NCBI GenBank assembly: GCA_964187785.1
Contig: OZ076409.1
Span: 79,734,001-79,798,000, forward strand
Direction of reading: 5' to 3'
Origin: Amphiscolops sp. MND2022
Lineage: Eukaryota
DNA length: 64,000 nt
Numbering within the stretch: position 1 is the stretch's first letter; each line of letters opens with the position of its first letter. The position numbers were made by a program, and so were the translations under genes. The notes beneath the pieces were generated by a model that was given only the letters and a program-made list of their open reading frames with translations, had not been told where the DNA came from and searched no databases. This document shows, in pieces, positions 52,164 through 64,000 of this stretch.

Positions 52164-54694
52164 ATGGCAGTTAAAGTGTGTTTCGGCTGGGTCGCCGTTA
52201 TCTTGACCATCCTCGGAGTCGCAGGTTAGACAAAACTAATGCAATCATTTTGAAGTATTTCTAATACACAGAATTTTGTCTATGAAAATTAGTTTCAAAA
52301 ACTTGTGTTAGAATTGAAGACTAACTTTATACATTAGCTCCAACGATTGAAGAAAACTATTTTTTGAAAAGCATTTCAACAATGCAAGCAAATTATATTT
52401 TCAATATTAATCCGGAAATCGAAAAAGCGAGAGTTTTGGTTTATAAAATCAAAACTCAAAACGTTATCTGCCGTAGACTAACAGTGAAAACTTAGCAGAA
52501 AGAACCTTTCATTTTACTTGAAACAAACAAAAACGACACTAAAATTTTACAATTGATGAAATTCTTATCTGAGAGTCATACCCCCTGTAACAAATGCAAC
52601 AAGTACTAAAAACCACTTTTTGCTCCTTTGGGTTTTAACATCGACGCTTTTGCGTCTTTCCAATTGATGAATTAATAAACCTAACTGTTAGTTTTAAGGC
52701 AATTAGATTTCAAAAATAAAACTCGTCCCTTTCAAGTTGGGTATTTCAGAAAAAAACTGACAAGGAAATCTAATGCTTAAATACTTAGTATTAATAATGT
52801 ATCTTTCCAGGCATCTTCATTTCGGGGATAGTGGGTCTGGTGTGGGGTCCCACATGCATATTGGGTGACGTGGACGTGCAGAAAGACATGCGATGCAAGC
52901 AGATAGTCAGAAGCAGACCCATCGCATTCGCCCTCATAATCTGTGGGTGCATGGTTCTCGCCCTTACCATCTCCATTATCACCATAGAAACCAGGATACA
53001 ACTCAAAGACCGACAGCAGAAATTTCTCGTGAGTAGCTTCTGTAAAACTTTTTTTCCATTTTCCGCCAATACAAATTATGGCTCGAGCGCGGCCTAAGAA
53101 TATATGTACTTTATCAAAAACGTTCAGAACTGGGAAAAAGTTGAATAATTGAAATGAATTTAATGTTATATTTATTTCGTTTTTTGAACTTTTTGAACTT
53201 TTTGCGAAGTGATAAATCTCTTATAAAGTGCGTAAGTCCTTGGGATGATCTCGAGCTTTAAAATTGTGTGCTATTGCCAAAATGACTCAGGGCGGAAAAC
53301 ATCATAGTACTCAACGGGTGTCAGGTTGATGGGATCTTAATAACTGTAAAAATGTTCAATTGAAACAACCTTGATCTAACATTTCAAACAAATTTTGAGC
53401 TACAAATTTGGCACTAGTTCAATGTGCATTGCGATGATGAAGACTTACTTATAATGTCGACGAGTCGAGTTCGTTTTATTTCAAGAACATTTGAAATTGC
53501 AAAAATGTTCAATTGATTTCGATTGACGTCATACCGTCAGCTTTCATGACCTTTTTAAGGATGTTGACTTGCAAGTCAAACGAGCAAAATCGTATCCTAG
53601 TACTCACCAAAGTAGTAAAATTTTGACGCAACATACTGAATATTTTTTTCTTTTGCATCGACAAATTTTTGAAGAAACTAATTTCTCAGTTTCTTTTGGT
53701 TCAACTTAGATTCAATTGAAGTTCCAACTTGTTTTGTCTAGTATGGGATAGCTGACAACAACCACATGTTCTGCAGCTTGACATCTTTTATTAGCTTCAT
53801 GGCATAATTTCATCAAACATTTAATTTAGTTCTGCACAAAAAAGTTGATGCTTTGATCCGAATGTTCTGTCAGACGAAAAGTGGGTTTCTTAAAGTACTT
53901 GCAGTTAGATCCAACCTGAATTAGAAAACTATATCATTTGTATTTCATTGTCAGGTTTTTTGTTCTACTTTATCGAACATTATTAGTTAGAGTTGTTTTC
54001 GTCGGCTCTTGAAGAAAAATTCCCGACTTAGAAAGCGGTAACTTCATTTTGTAAGATGACAACTTCCACAGTGAAATGTCTTTTTTAAACAATCTTTTGA
54101 AATCTAAAATATACTATCTAGAAGAAAGTCACTCTTTGGAGTTTTTTCCAGCACAATTAGTCTTTTGTAAAAAATGGTCCATTTCACCAAGGCTCCCATT
54201 TTTTGGCCCAAAGTGTATTCTTTGTGGAATTTTTCAAAATCTTGAAAAAAAACAGCCTTTTAGCATCTTTGAAAAGCTGCGCTTTTTGAAATTTTAGCGG
54301 GGTGCCGACTTGAGGCGTTCCCCCTGATTGTTGCAAGTGAAAGTTTTCAATTTTTGGGCCTTAAGCAAATCCTTCATCCCTTGCTTAATGGTATGGTCAG
54401 TGACAAAAAACCTATTTTGCGGAGAAAAGCGAAAATAAAACGAGCAACGGTGAGCAGCCAGACCTTTGTGACCTTGAGCAAGTCACTTTGAAACTACAGC
54501 TTCAAGTCAACCATTGCTTGACCATTTGACTGCAATATGGGAAGATAGCATCCAAAAGCACGCCGACTTTAAAAAAAAGTAGAACTTATTCGGCATCCAC
54601 CCCGCGGAATTAGGGAAATGAATTTTCTTCTTTGTTCCTTCAGGCTGAAACTGCTGGAAAGAAAAATTTTTCCTCATTCAAGAACTTTGCTTAG
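52164..54694 (+). CDS. Small spliced 2-TM protein (~109 aa); predicted exons 52164-52224, 52811-53028, 54644-54694
   Basis: GT/AG sites give phase-consistent MAVKVCFGWVAVILTILGVA-GIFISGIVGLVWG..PIAFALIICGCMVLALTISII..KFL-AETAGKKNFSSFKNFA*. The last exon is less certain. Confidence 0.55.
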
Positions 54695-56519
54695 ATGCCC
54701 CGATTGTGAAGAAGTTGTAGTTAGTCATGCAAAATCTTGGACGCATTTAGTTTCCAGGCGATGTGAATGAAGCATGTAGGTTTCTACATCAAAATTGATA
54801 TCAAACTGTGAATCTGCCATGAACAGTCTTCCCATCTAGGCATTTTTACTTTCTATATTTAGTGTAGAAAAACGTAATTTAATGTTTCATCCTTGAAATT
54901 GATTTTTTCCACTTTCACAGGTAACAATAAGCAATCAGAAAAAATCAAAACGCACAAATTAGGGAGAACAAAATACACCTGCAGAAACAATAAAAGTATA
55001 GAAATGGAAATGCCTTCCTCCTGTATATTTTGCAACAATTCAAAGCTTACGGCAGAATGAAGAATGATTTTATTAGCCGCCCATTGTTTAACAGACTAGG
55101 CAAAAAATACAATTTTGCTTTGGTAGCATCGCATTAAAAAAAACAAAATATTGTCTTGTTTGCTCAAGAATATATTTTCAAAAATCCTCTCAAATTTTTC
55201 ATGATAATCAATATCTACACCATATATCTGATTTGTTTACCTTGTTTGTGTTTGACCTAAAAAATGCTACTACCAGTAGTTCAGTTCTTTTCAAAAAAAG
55301 TTCGCTGTTGTTTCGATTTGAATCCCGAGCTAAGTGAATTAACCGGAAACAAAAACAAAGAATGCAAAATTTTTTGGTAATCAATCCTAATTCTAATTTC
55401 TTGCCATTTTCTCGTTTCCTCCAGGTTCACCATAGATCAGATTTTATCCCTACTCGAAAATCACTTTTAAACTTGAAAATTGATTGATGAATGACGTTAA
55501 CAATTTGAAACAGTTACAAATCGTAACAAAACGCTCACTGAGCAGCGGGATATTTTCCGCCACGAAATGAGTTTGCTACGACATCTTCTTAAGGCTCGAG
55601 GGTGAGAACTTCTACACCTTCCTTGCTATGAAAAACACTGGAAGTACGTTTCCCCAGCAAAGTTTGTTTATTAGCCAAACTTTTTTCAAACGAACTCCAT
55701 CAATTTTCATACTAAAAAAACACACGAAGTTTATCGAGAAAAGCAAAAAACGCAGTTTTGGTCGTTGATTGTTCCATTGATGTAATTTTGAAAAATATCG
55801 TCTGATTTCTCGTTTTGAGGAAGAGCTCAAGAGACAAGGGTTGTGTCTTTAAACGTTGCAATTTTTTTTAAAACACTTGAATGTTGGAGAAAATTTCGGA
55901 AATTGATTAACACGGTTGAAATTAGAGAAAAATTGGCGCTTGTGGGGTTTTGGGGCTTGTACAAAAATATCTTCATTCTTTTCTGACAGCGTACTGAATG
56001 GTTCTTTGCCACTGCATAAATTAGCTTTCAATTCGGAACACTGCGAGCAATAATACTCACCAAAGTACACAGAAACTGACTAAAAGTGCATCGAAGTGTC
56101 AAAAAATGTGAAAAAAAAAGTTTTTTGTGCTCATAAATTGCTGATTAATGCTCAAAAGTACTTGTAAATCACTGAACTTTGTGTTGTCGAAATATGAAGA
56201 CTTTCATACCCATGAAAACGAACAAAAATTATAAACAGAGACAAAATGCATGAAACGGTCGCATTTGAAAATTTGATTCTGTCGAGTGAAAATTTTCTGG
56301 ATTTCCAAACGCATGGAAATGTTCAAAAGCGGAACTAGACATTCGCTATAAGGACCACCTTTCTGTACATTCAACCTTTCTGAAGTCATTTTAGAGACTT
56401 TTTCATGCACAAACAACAAGTTGCTTGTCGTAAAAGCATACAAGATGAATCTTTGGTTGGTCGTCGAATTCTGTGGATATTCAAATTTCCCGAAACGTTA
56501 GAAACATTCCGAAATTTGG

Positions 56520-57206
56520 CTAAAGTAGACAAAAAGGCTTGTTAAGTTTTTTGTGTATGTCATAACCATCATCATTTTCACTTTGTTCAGAATCTTCCAA
56601 ACATTCCATTTGATGATTTGAAAGGTTATTTGCTGTTGTGTTTAGTCTAGGAAAATTCTCTCTTGAGTCCTGGACCTGTTGGCTGAATTTATTTTTATGC
56701 CGTCCATATGACCCAAGGTCCACAGTCTGGTCCATAGGGACGTTTCTACTCGGATGCCGTCCATCTGACCGAAGGTCCAATTTCGCGTTCTTAGTCTCCC
56801 TATGATTTACTATGACATTTTCGATGCTCGGTAGTATTTTTTCATCGATAGCGGAGTTTATTACCTCCATAATATGGGAATTTAGATCAGATTTCATTTC
56901 TTCCAATTTCCTCGACATCTGTGAAGAAATTTCTGAACTAATTGCTCTACTAGTTTCTACTGTAATTTCACTATTCTCACTCAAATTTGTATTCAAAAGA
57001 GATCTATAGTTGCTTTCTTCTTGCCTGAAACCTTGTTGCCGTCTACTTGACTCAGGGTCAATTTCTATTTGATCTACCGTGTTTTGGTCTCTAATTTCGC
57101 TGTTTGAGTAATTTCCAAGCATCACATCAAAATTTTCAATATCTGACATTACGTCAGACTGTCTAGAACGTTTCTCTCTTGCTTTCTGCTTTCTAGTTGA
57201 AGGCAT
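56520..57206 (-). CDS. Orphan repeat-borne ORF (basic N-terminus, coiled coil); possible gag-like leader
   Basis: ~228-aa open frame from ATG 57206; TATA-like box ~60 nt upstream; paralogue at 48803. Confidence 0.55.
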   Translation of the reverse strand: MPSTRKQKAREKRSRQSDVMSDIENFDVMLGNYSNSEIRDQNTVDQIEIDPESSRRQQGFRQEESNYRSLLNTNLSENSEITVETSRAISSEISSQMSRKLEEMKSDLNSHIMEVINSAIDEKILPSIENVIVNHRETKNAKLDLRSDGRHPSRNVPMDQTVDLGSYGRHKNKFSQQVQDSRENFPRLNTTANNLSNHQMECLEDSEQSENDDGYDIHKKLNKPFCLL

Positions 57207-58019
57207 TTTCAAGAAATGGATTTGATTCCAACAGTGAATTAATCAACAGTAACAAATCAAACAGTTTTGTATCGTAGCGTTTTCAATCAATGAATGAATG
57301 ATCCCTCTTATTACAAATTCCGCGTATATATAGTTTATACTGCATGACACGCAATATTTTGCGTGTCAGGAACTAAATTTAGGGTGATATCATTCTAAAT
57401 ATAGCCCCGATTTCATTATTAGGTCACTAGTTCTAAAAATAGACTGAGGGTTTTGACATTACGTCACACAAATGAAGAGATATAAATGGCATCAAACAAA
57501 CAGTGGGTATCTTTACATGTATTCAAATTCAGGTTAAAATCAACCTTTCATGCATTGGTAACATCAATACTCAATGAAATTCTAAATTTGACCATGCGTC
57601 AGCATGACTGCAATGATAGACTGGTACTTCACTCTGATTGGTCAACAAGTACTTGTGACCACACGTCAATTTGACTGCAGTAGAGTACTAGTTAATTAAC
57701 TAAGAAAAGTGTCTTAAGGTACTCTTTAAACACCGTTTAACAGCACTTGAGTTACTTCGCTAAGTATTGCGTCGTTAACTAAGTGATGTACTTTAGATTC
57801 AGATTAATTGCAAGTAATTTCATCAATGGGAAATTCTAAATAGTAACAAATCAATAATAGCAATTGAATAAATGCACAGATTAAATGCTGTCAGTTTGAC
57901 CTTTGGTCTAAATAGTAACATCGAAATTGCATGTTTAGCGTTAATAATTCGGTCATTACATGCATGAAACAAATATTAAACTATCAGAATAAATGCTAAA
58001 GTTCGTTTCAGAGTTTGTT

Positions 58020-58844
58020 CTAGATAGGTAGTACCCCGGGGGCTGGTGGCGTCTCATTACCTTCTGGCATCATTTGGTATAGGATGCCGTCACAAGCGGC
58101 AGCTTGCGACACTCCCCCCGGTACAAGTATGAACGTCCCTGCTTTCATACCTGCCTGGAATGCATCACGTCTAGCAATCCGCTGCTCATAAGTTTCTCCG
58201 GGAATGTGTGTCTGTTCAAGGTACCCCAATGTTATTTTTTCTTTAATGTCCGCAGATGATTTCCCACAGATCACGCAACCAGTTTGGGTCGTCTCATTGG
58301 GTTGGCCACAGCTTCCCCCGACGCTAATTCCTAGGCCCGTGATGTGTGAGTTGCCATACCATGAGTCTGCCGAACCGTGAGGTTGCGTAGGCTGGTAGGT
58401 GTCAACTGAGGGTCCTTGGTCTTCTAGCGGAGGTGACCATGGGGAGTCCCGTATTGGGTTTAGCTGGCCACAATACGTTATTGGGTGGTCATCCGCATTT
58501 GAGCCATAAGAGGTTCTTGGGGGGCCCCCAACACACCAATCGAGCAAGTCTTGTGACGGGTCTGTAAAAGTGCTCACTGATCCAATTAAATCGTCATCTG
58601 GTATGTTCAGGTCGTTCAAGCAATGAGCTAATTCTGTAGTCATTGCCCGACCCGCGGTGAGTTGTGGAGGGAAGGGTATATTTTCACGATAACAAGCAAG
58701 AACTTGTATGTCGTCGTCTGAATCTTGACCGTCAGGTCCGTCTGCAATGGACACTGAGTCCACTTCCATTTCTTCATCAGATGACTGGTACGAAAGGCTA
58801 ACTAGAGGTCTATCGTGTTCCTCCAAAGAAAATTGTAGAGACAT
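58020..58844 (-). CDS. Orphan acidic/Pro-rich protein with C-terminal CxxC domain
   Basis: Open frame from the first ATG (MSLQF..) to ..GCVICGKS..QAAACDGILY..; a homologous C-terminus occurs at 47830-47926. Confidence 0.6.
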   Translation of the reverse strand: MSLQFSLEEHDRPLVSLSYQSSDEEMEVDSVSIADGPDGQDSDDDIQVLACYRENIPFPPQLTAGRAMTTELAHCLNDLNIPDDDLIGSVSTFTDPSQDLLDWCVGGPPRTSYGSNADDHPITYCGQLNPIRDSPWSPPLEDQGPSVDTYQPTQPHGSADSWYGNSHITGLGISVGGSCGQPNETTQTGCVICGKSSADIKEKITLGYLEQTHIPGETYEQRIARRDAFQAGMKAGTFILVPGGVSQAAACDGILYQMMPEGNETPPAPGVLPI

Positions 58845-59471
58845 TTCCTTGTAGAAACGTTGAATGAGAAGTTTTTTAGCAATTGTGACAAACAAGGTTT
58901 GTAGCAACTGAGTTTCACAAAGTTTGGGAGGCAAGTAATTTCCTGCCGTCTTCTTGACTTCAGGTCCAACCCCAATTTTGGCGGGGGTTGGGCGCGGGGT
59001 TTTCCCCCGAATCATAGTTTTCACATTTCCTATTTAGGATTAGTTTACTCACGAAGTCTCAAATAATTTTCAAGCAATTAATCTGCGAAGCTAGTTGATT
59101 GCCCCTTTAGGTTGTTTTACTCCATTCTTCAAAGGCGTCACTTGATGATTTAAGTGTTGTTTCTTTTAATTCTCTGTCAACAATTAACTTGAAAGACCGT
59201 CGGTCCTTTCGACGGCAGCAATGATGGTAGCCAATCAGATGACACTAGCTTAACTAGTAAAATATGGCAAACAATTTTATGAATGTGAAATGAAATAAGT
59301 AATTTGATATATTTTCATGGAAAATAATGAGATGAAATGAAATGAATAGATAAGTCCATGAATATTTCACTGGCAGGTTCCATACCATGTACTAAGAATA
59401 AAGAGCACGATTAAAGGAAAGGAGGAGATGGAAACATAAAAGAAAGTCTTACATGTAGCCACGACATCCAA

Positions 59472-59533
59472 GTAATAATGATAGTAATAATAATATTAAT
59501 AATAATAATAATAATATCAATAATAATAATGAT
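59472..59533. repeat. (AAT)n microsatellite
   Basis: Imperfect AAT run. Confidence 0.8.
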
Positions 59534-60298
59534 AAGAAGTCCGAGACTCTAAATTATTGGTAGGAGGTAGTAATTAGTCAAAAGAGTAGTTGTTGAGTAG
59601 AGGAAGTGAAATAAAGTACATTTGGTAACAAGTAACGTTGTGCCGTCATGATGACTCATCGTCCAATTCGTAAGTACTGGTTAACTAATACTTGATTGTG
59701 AACTAATAATACACTGCCGTCAGGTTGACGTTACGTCACGTTGCAAACAGCATTCTTCACTAATTTCATTTCCAGTCTATTATTGTCATCTCAAGCAGCA
59801 TCACTTGAGCTATACTGTGTTACTTTGTAATCTGTATAGTCTCTCTGACCTTGGGTTGTACATTGATCTTCTGTCTTCACTTTTAGTGATTTTTGCAATT
59901 TCCGAGCAATTCTAGTCTTGTGATTATTTCATTTCATACATCCAGTTGATAGTTCAGCTACTGTTAATTCTTTCTTGAAACAACATATCCCGTTTCCTCG
60001 TTAGAATACACGCATTTTGAAGGATTTACACCATATATTTGAGTGGACTGCCCGTCAATTACGGTTTGGATACAGTTGAGCAATCTATTAGTTCTGGTCT
60101 AGACCGAGCATTTCAAAAGGATCGCATCAATTCTGCAGACCCATCATGGAGTCCGCATCAGGTTGGTTCTTTTAAAGATGTTAAAACTAGGCTTGATCAG
60201 GGCTCTTAATTTTAACAAAGTCACTTCCTCCATCGTGAAATGTTTGCATTCAGCATGAACATTGTGTCAATTAACTTCCGGAAGAGTTTTAAAGCGCT

Positions 60299-63200
60299 AT
60301 GATGGATTCATATTCAGGAAGTGAACCGCGCTTATTCATCTCATTTCGTTTAGATAATGAGTCAAACGGCCAACCTCACCAATTGAACGCGGCGGTAGAA
60401 GAGAGAATGGATACCAGTGAATCCTTCGTGACTGCTTCGTCACACGTTGAGAGTCCATCCCTGGCGTGCAATCCTCAAAACGACCAAGAGGAGATGGACA
60501 CTGCTGTTCCAACACAAACCCCAATTAGTACCGTCGCTGGTCCCTCAGTCCAGTTTGAAGAATCCGGAGTACCAGAAACGAGTCAATTCGAAACCCCACA
60601 AATTTTGTCTTCTGCACAGTCCGAGCCAATTGTCACCCCTCAATCCGCAGTCACTATCATCAATGTGGAAAGTAGCAGTACCGATGAAAGCTGCGGAGCG
60701 TACATCGCTCGGAAATGGGAACAATTAGGTGTTACCCCAGAGATCATCACCGAAGGTCCAAGTTGCGGCAACGCTGAGAAATTCAGTGACAGCGCTGTGT
60801 TAGAGCTGGCACCAACCCAAAATCCTCCCGATCAAACCGAAACTGATTCAGATTCTGTACCTAGAGTTGCTTTCCTCGATTCCAACATCAACCCGAGCAA
60901 GAGTAATTTGAAATCGATGTACAAGCCGTCAGAGCCGAAAATCCAGAAACTGTGCGCTAAAATCGGAGGCACCAGAAGAGAGTTCTCGGTTTCTGGATCT
61001 GATAGTGAAGGACCGTCAAACACCGAAAATTGTTCTGCGACTGATGATGATGAATTCAGGTTTAATGACCCTCATGTCGTGATTCCCCATGGCCCTTCAA
61101 ACAATTCTGCTAGTGACACAGGACACGAATCTGGTGGATTGGCAGGTTCGACAGTGGCTGACGCCCTATATGCCCCAGTTGATAAGAGTAGACTCAGAGT
61201 TAGCGATGCGGGCAGTGTTACCTCTATGGATTTTCCCGAAGTGGCGACCAGGGGTCCCCAGTTATCTGCGAGTAGTCGGGTTCTCATAAAGAAATGCTTC
61301 GAAACTGTAAATCCAGTAACATTGCCACCAGGCCACACGACCTTAGCGCTCAATGAGAGCCAAGTTAACTGCATTTTGAAAGCTGTTGCCGAAGAAGCCG
61401 TGAAGTCCTCCCTTAAAACGATGGAAAGTCTAGTAGAGCGAACTGGCAGACTGAGCCTTGGGACTCCTCACTTTTCTCCTGAAGGCAGGGGGCAACCTAG
61501 GAAATCTGCTTTCCGAGCTCCTACACCCGGGCCACGATCCGGTTCAATATGAGGAAATACCAGTGACACGAGTGGGGCTATAAGGAGCTCCGATGACTTT
61601 GCCAGCATTGGATACGAATATGAGCATTCCGACTTTGAAAGCCAGCCATTTACCCCGCCCCCAGTTGGTCCTCCCGGGTGTAGTCGAGTTGACTCAAGGT
61701 CAGCTGAAACTGAATATCAGGTCGATAGTCCCGGTGCCCAGACTCTTGCCGCAGTCAAAGCCGAAGCTGTTGCCGAGAAGACGAAGTCTAATTCCCGCAA
61801 GAGGCCTCGAAAGAAGACAACATCAAACAATGCGGTCAACAGACATCGAGTCTCCCGTGCCTGTAAGATCATGAAGGAGGCTTATTTTAAAGGCATGGAG
61901 TGGACGAAGACCTTTGTGTCTGGGCCTGTCGATCCTCGGTGGAACCCGTATAAGTTTTATTGCCAAATCTGTAAGGGCAATATTTCAATTTACGGCCGGG
62001 GAGCCCGAGAGATCTTGCGTCACCATGCTACTGAGCGACATTTGCCGAAGGACCAAAGGTGTCGTTACGAGCACCTTTCCACCGAAGACCCAGTGACTAA
62101 GATGGTGAAGCACCATGTCCGTGGAAAGGATGGCAAACTTCTTACTCCGTACGAATTGCAATTGGAGTTGCCAAAGTTCAAGGACGTACCGCTAGTGGAC
62201 ATCGGTGAAAAACTTCCATTCTATGAAGATTATATGCGAGGCACCGACTATATGACGTCTTCATCAGAAAACAGAGCGAGGGTCCAGGTGTCAATCCTTG
62301 GCCATTATCTGCGTACCCATGGGGATATCAGCGCATTAAGGAACCTCTGGAGTGACGTTGGCGTCGTTGTCAACCACCAGGCTCTTTTTACAGACTTCGA
62401 CTGGAGTAGAGAACGTTTGTCGGTAAGTATTTTGTTGCCGTCATAATGACCTTGAGTCCATTTCCGACTCTAAACCTAATACTATCTAACAGTTCGTCGT
62501 TGTTTTGCAGGCGCTCTTCCATCATTTATTCCTGCAGGCTATACGTGACATCGGAACCCACGTGGTTGAGTCAGGCGAATATTCTTTGGAGTTTGTGAAA
62601 CAAGGAGTTTTCTTATTGGTCTTCATACGATTCTGGCGTAAAGATGAACTGTGCCGCGTGCTTCTCAAGCGAACAGGTAGAGTGTTAGGACAGTCCGCAG
62701 CTGAACTCCATCTAATTAGCGACCTCATGGCCGTGTTCTCGACCTCTCCAAACATCGTCAGTTGCTCTGGAAGTACCTTAGAGACAGTTCAAACTGTAGA
62801 TAACTCCCCGTTCAACAAGCATGGACTACAACGCCCGCTTCGATTTGCTGACTTCTCAATTGCTAAGCTCATGCACAAGGAGAGCTACAGCGTCTTTGGA
62901 CGCATAGACTTCCATTCCGTGCTGAAGTATTTAATTGTGTTCCTTGGTGGCTGCCTTGACCAAGATTGGACCTTGCTAACCCCAGTTCTTGCGAAAGTTG
63001 GTTGTTCTTAATTGTTTGCATCGTTTCATAATGTATTGCAGCTTAATGGTTTTGGTTCCTTTAGGCTGTTAGAACGTGCCAAATTGAACTGGGTACCTTA
63101 CCGACTCTCTGTCAGGAACTTCTCTCCCACTGGAGCAGTGTGTGTGGCTATCTTAACGCCCATGCCCCGCCTCATGAAATGATGGGAGTAAAAAGACAGG

Positions 63201-64000
63201 TAAGTTTTGCCGTCAGACTGACCCCAGGTCCGAATTGGATCCCTTTTGAGGAACCCTGGTATTTTAGCCTCAGAATCTGGAGAGGGCAATGCTTAGCGAC
63301 GAACTATTCCTCTGCCGCCTCGAGCTCTTTTACCGACTAGTCAGGGACTGTAAGTAAGATCCGTTTACCGGTTGGGTTATAAGGTTAAATCCCATGAGTG
63401 TATTAACATATTTTGTTTAGACACTACTAGTTTCGTGCCACACCTTGTTGAAAGACGGGACCACGGGTTCCACATCTATCGGCAATTGTGTCAGTTTCTC
63501 CTCAAGCTTGGAAGACGATGCATGCGGCCCAAGAATCTCCCACAGGAAAATGATTTGTCTGGAATCCTAAACATTTCCGTCTCTGATACCAGGGCCCTTA
63601 CAGTTACCGATTTTATCGTGAGGTCGAAGTTAGAGCAGAGATTGAATACTGCTTGCAAAATCAAAGCTGAGCGAGAGCTGAGTGACAAGAAGGGGAGTCG
63701 AGCCAACCTCCCTAAACTTGTGAAAGATGCAAAGGAAGACTTCGGGAGGCTCGGAAGGGCATACGTTGCTTACTTGTTTCACTCAGCACAGAGCAATCTC
63801 CAACTCACAAGTGACATTGTAAAAGGACTTGGGTCATTCGATTTAGACATCATGTTCAGATGTCCACTCGGTCAGGCTCTTTATTGTTATAAACAGTTAT
63901 TTCGAAGCTTCCAACTCCGTGGATATTTCCAGCCCGACGAGGAGTCCGTTTACACAGAGGAATATTTGTCCTTTTTAGATGAATTAAGGAAAGAGCTGCC
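60299..64000 (+). pseudogene. Spliced hAT-transposase-derived gene with C2H2/BED-like finger; one in-frame TGA (61550); runs off the window
   Basis: Exons 60299-62422, 62511-62996, 63065-63199, 63268-63349, 63421->64000 join in phase over GT-AG introns of 88, 68, 68 and 71 nt. Finger FYCQICK..RHHATERH; hAT-like YSLEF..LVFIRFW..NIVSCSG. Confidence 0.65.

Noticed and set aside
61550..61552. Programmed readthrough or selenocysteine at the in-frame TGA
   Set aside because: More simply a point mutation (e.g. CGA to TGA) in a disordered region; no supporting signal seen.

Overview
AT-rich, repeat-dense eukaryotic (probably invertebrate animal) DNA; no prokaryotic features. The centre is a complete but decayed 15.4-kb Ty3/gypsy-type endogenous retrovirus-like element (27717-43099). 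It has ~3.15-kb LTRs, a 5-bp AACAC target-site duplication (TSD), a tRNA-Asn-like primer-binding site (PBS) and a polypurine tract (PPT). Its coding region is gag (CCHC), a UUUAAAC -1 frameshift site, pol (protease-RT-RNaseH-integrase) and a class I fusion env. Two things make it unusual: a TARG1/OARD1-type macrodomain inserted in frame between RNase H and integrase, and a CRISPR-like array of ~21-bp conserved repeats with unique spacers in each LTR. The right end (about 56558-64000) is a second multi-gene module. It carries a 5-exon, apparently catalytically dead hAT-transposase-like gene facing away from two orphan ORFs, and a diverged fragment of those ORFs recurs at 47.8-49.2 kb. Probable host genes are a C2orf81/DUF4639-like exon, an intronless divergent 7TM receptor and a small spliced 2-TM protein. 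The rest is Helentron/HINE-like elements (one expanded into a 6 x ~185-bp higher-order satellite) and MITEs with CCC termini and 2-bp TSDs. All family assignments come from motif recognition by eye; no database searches were run.
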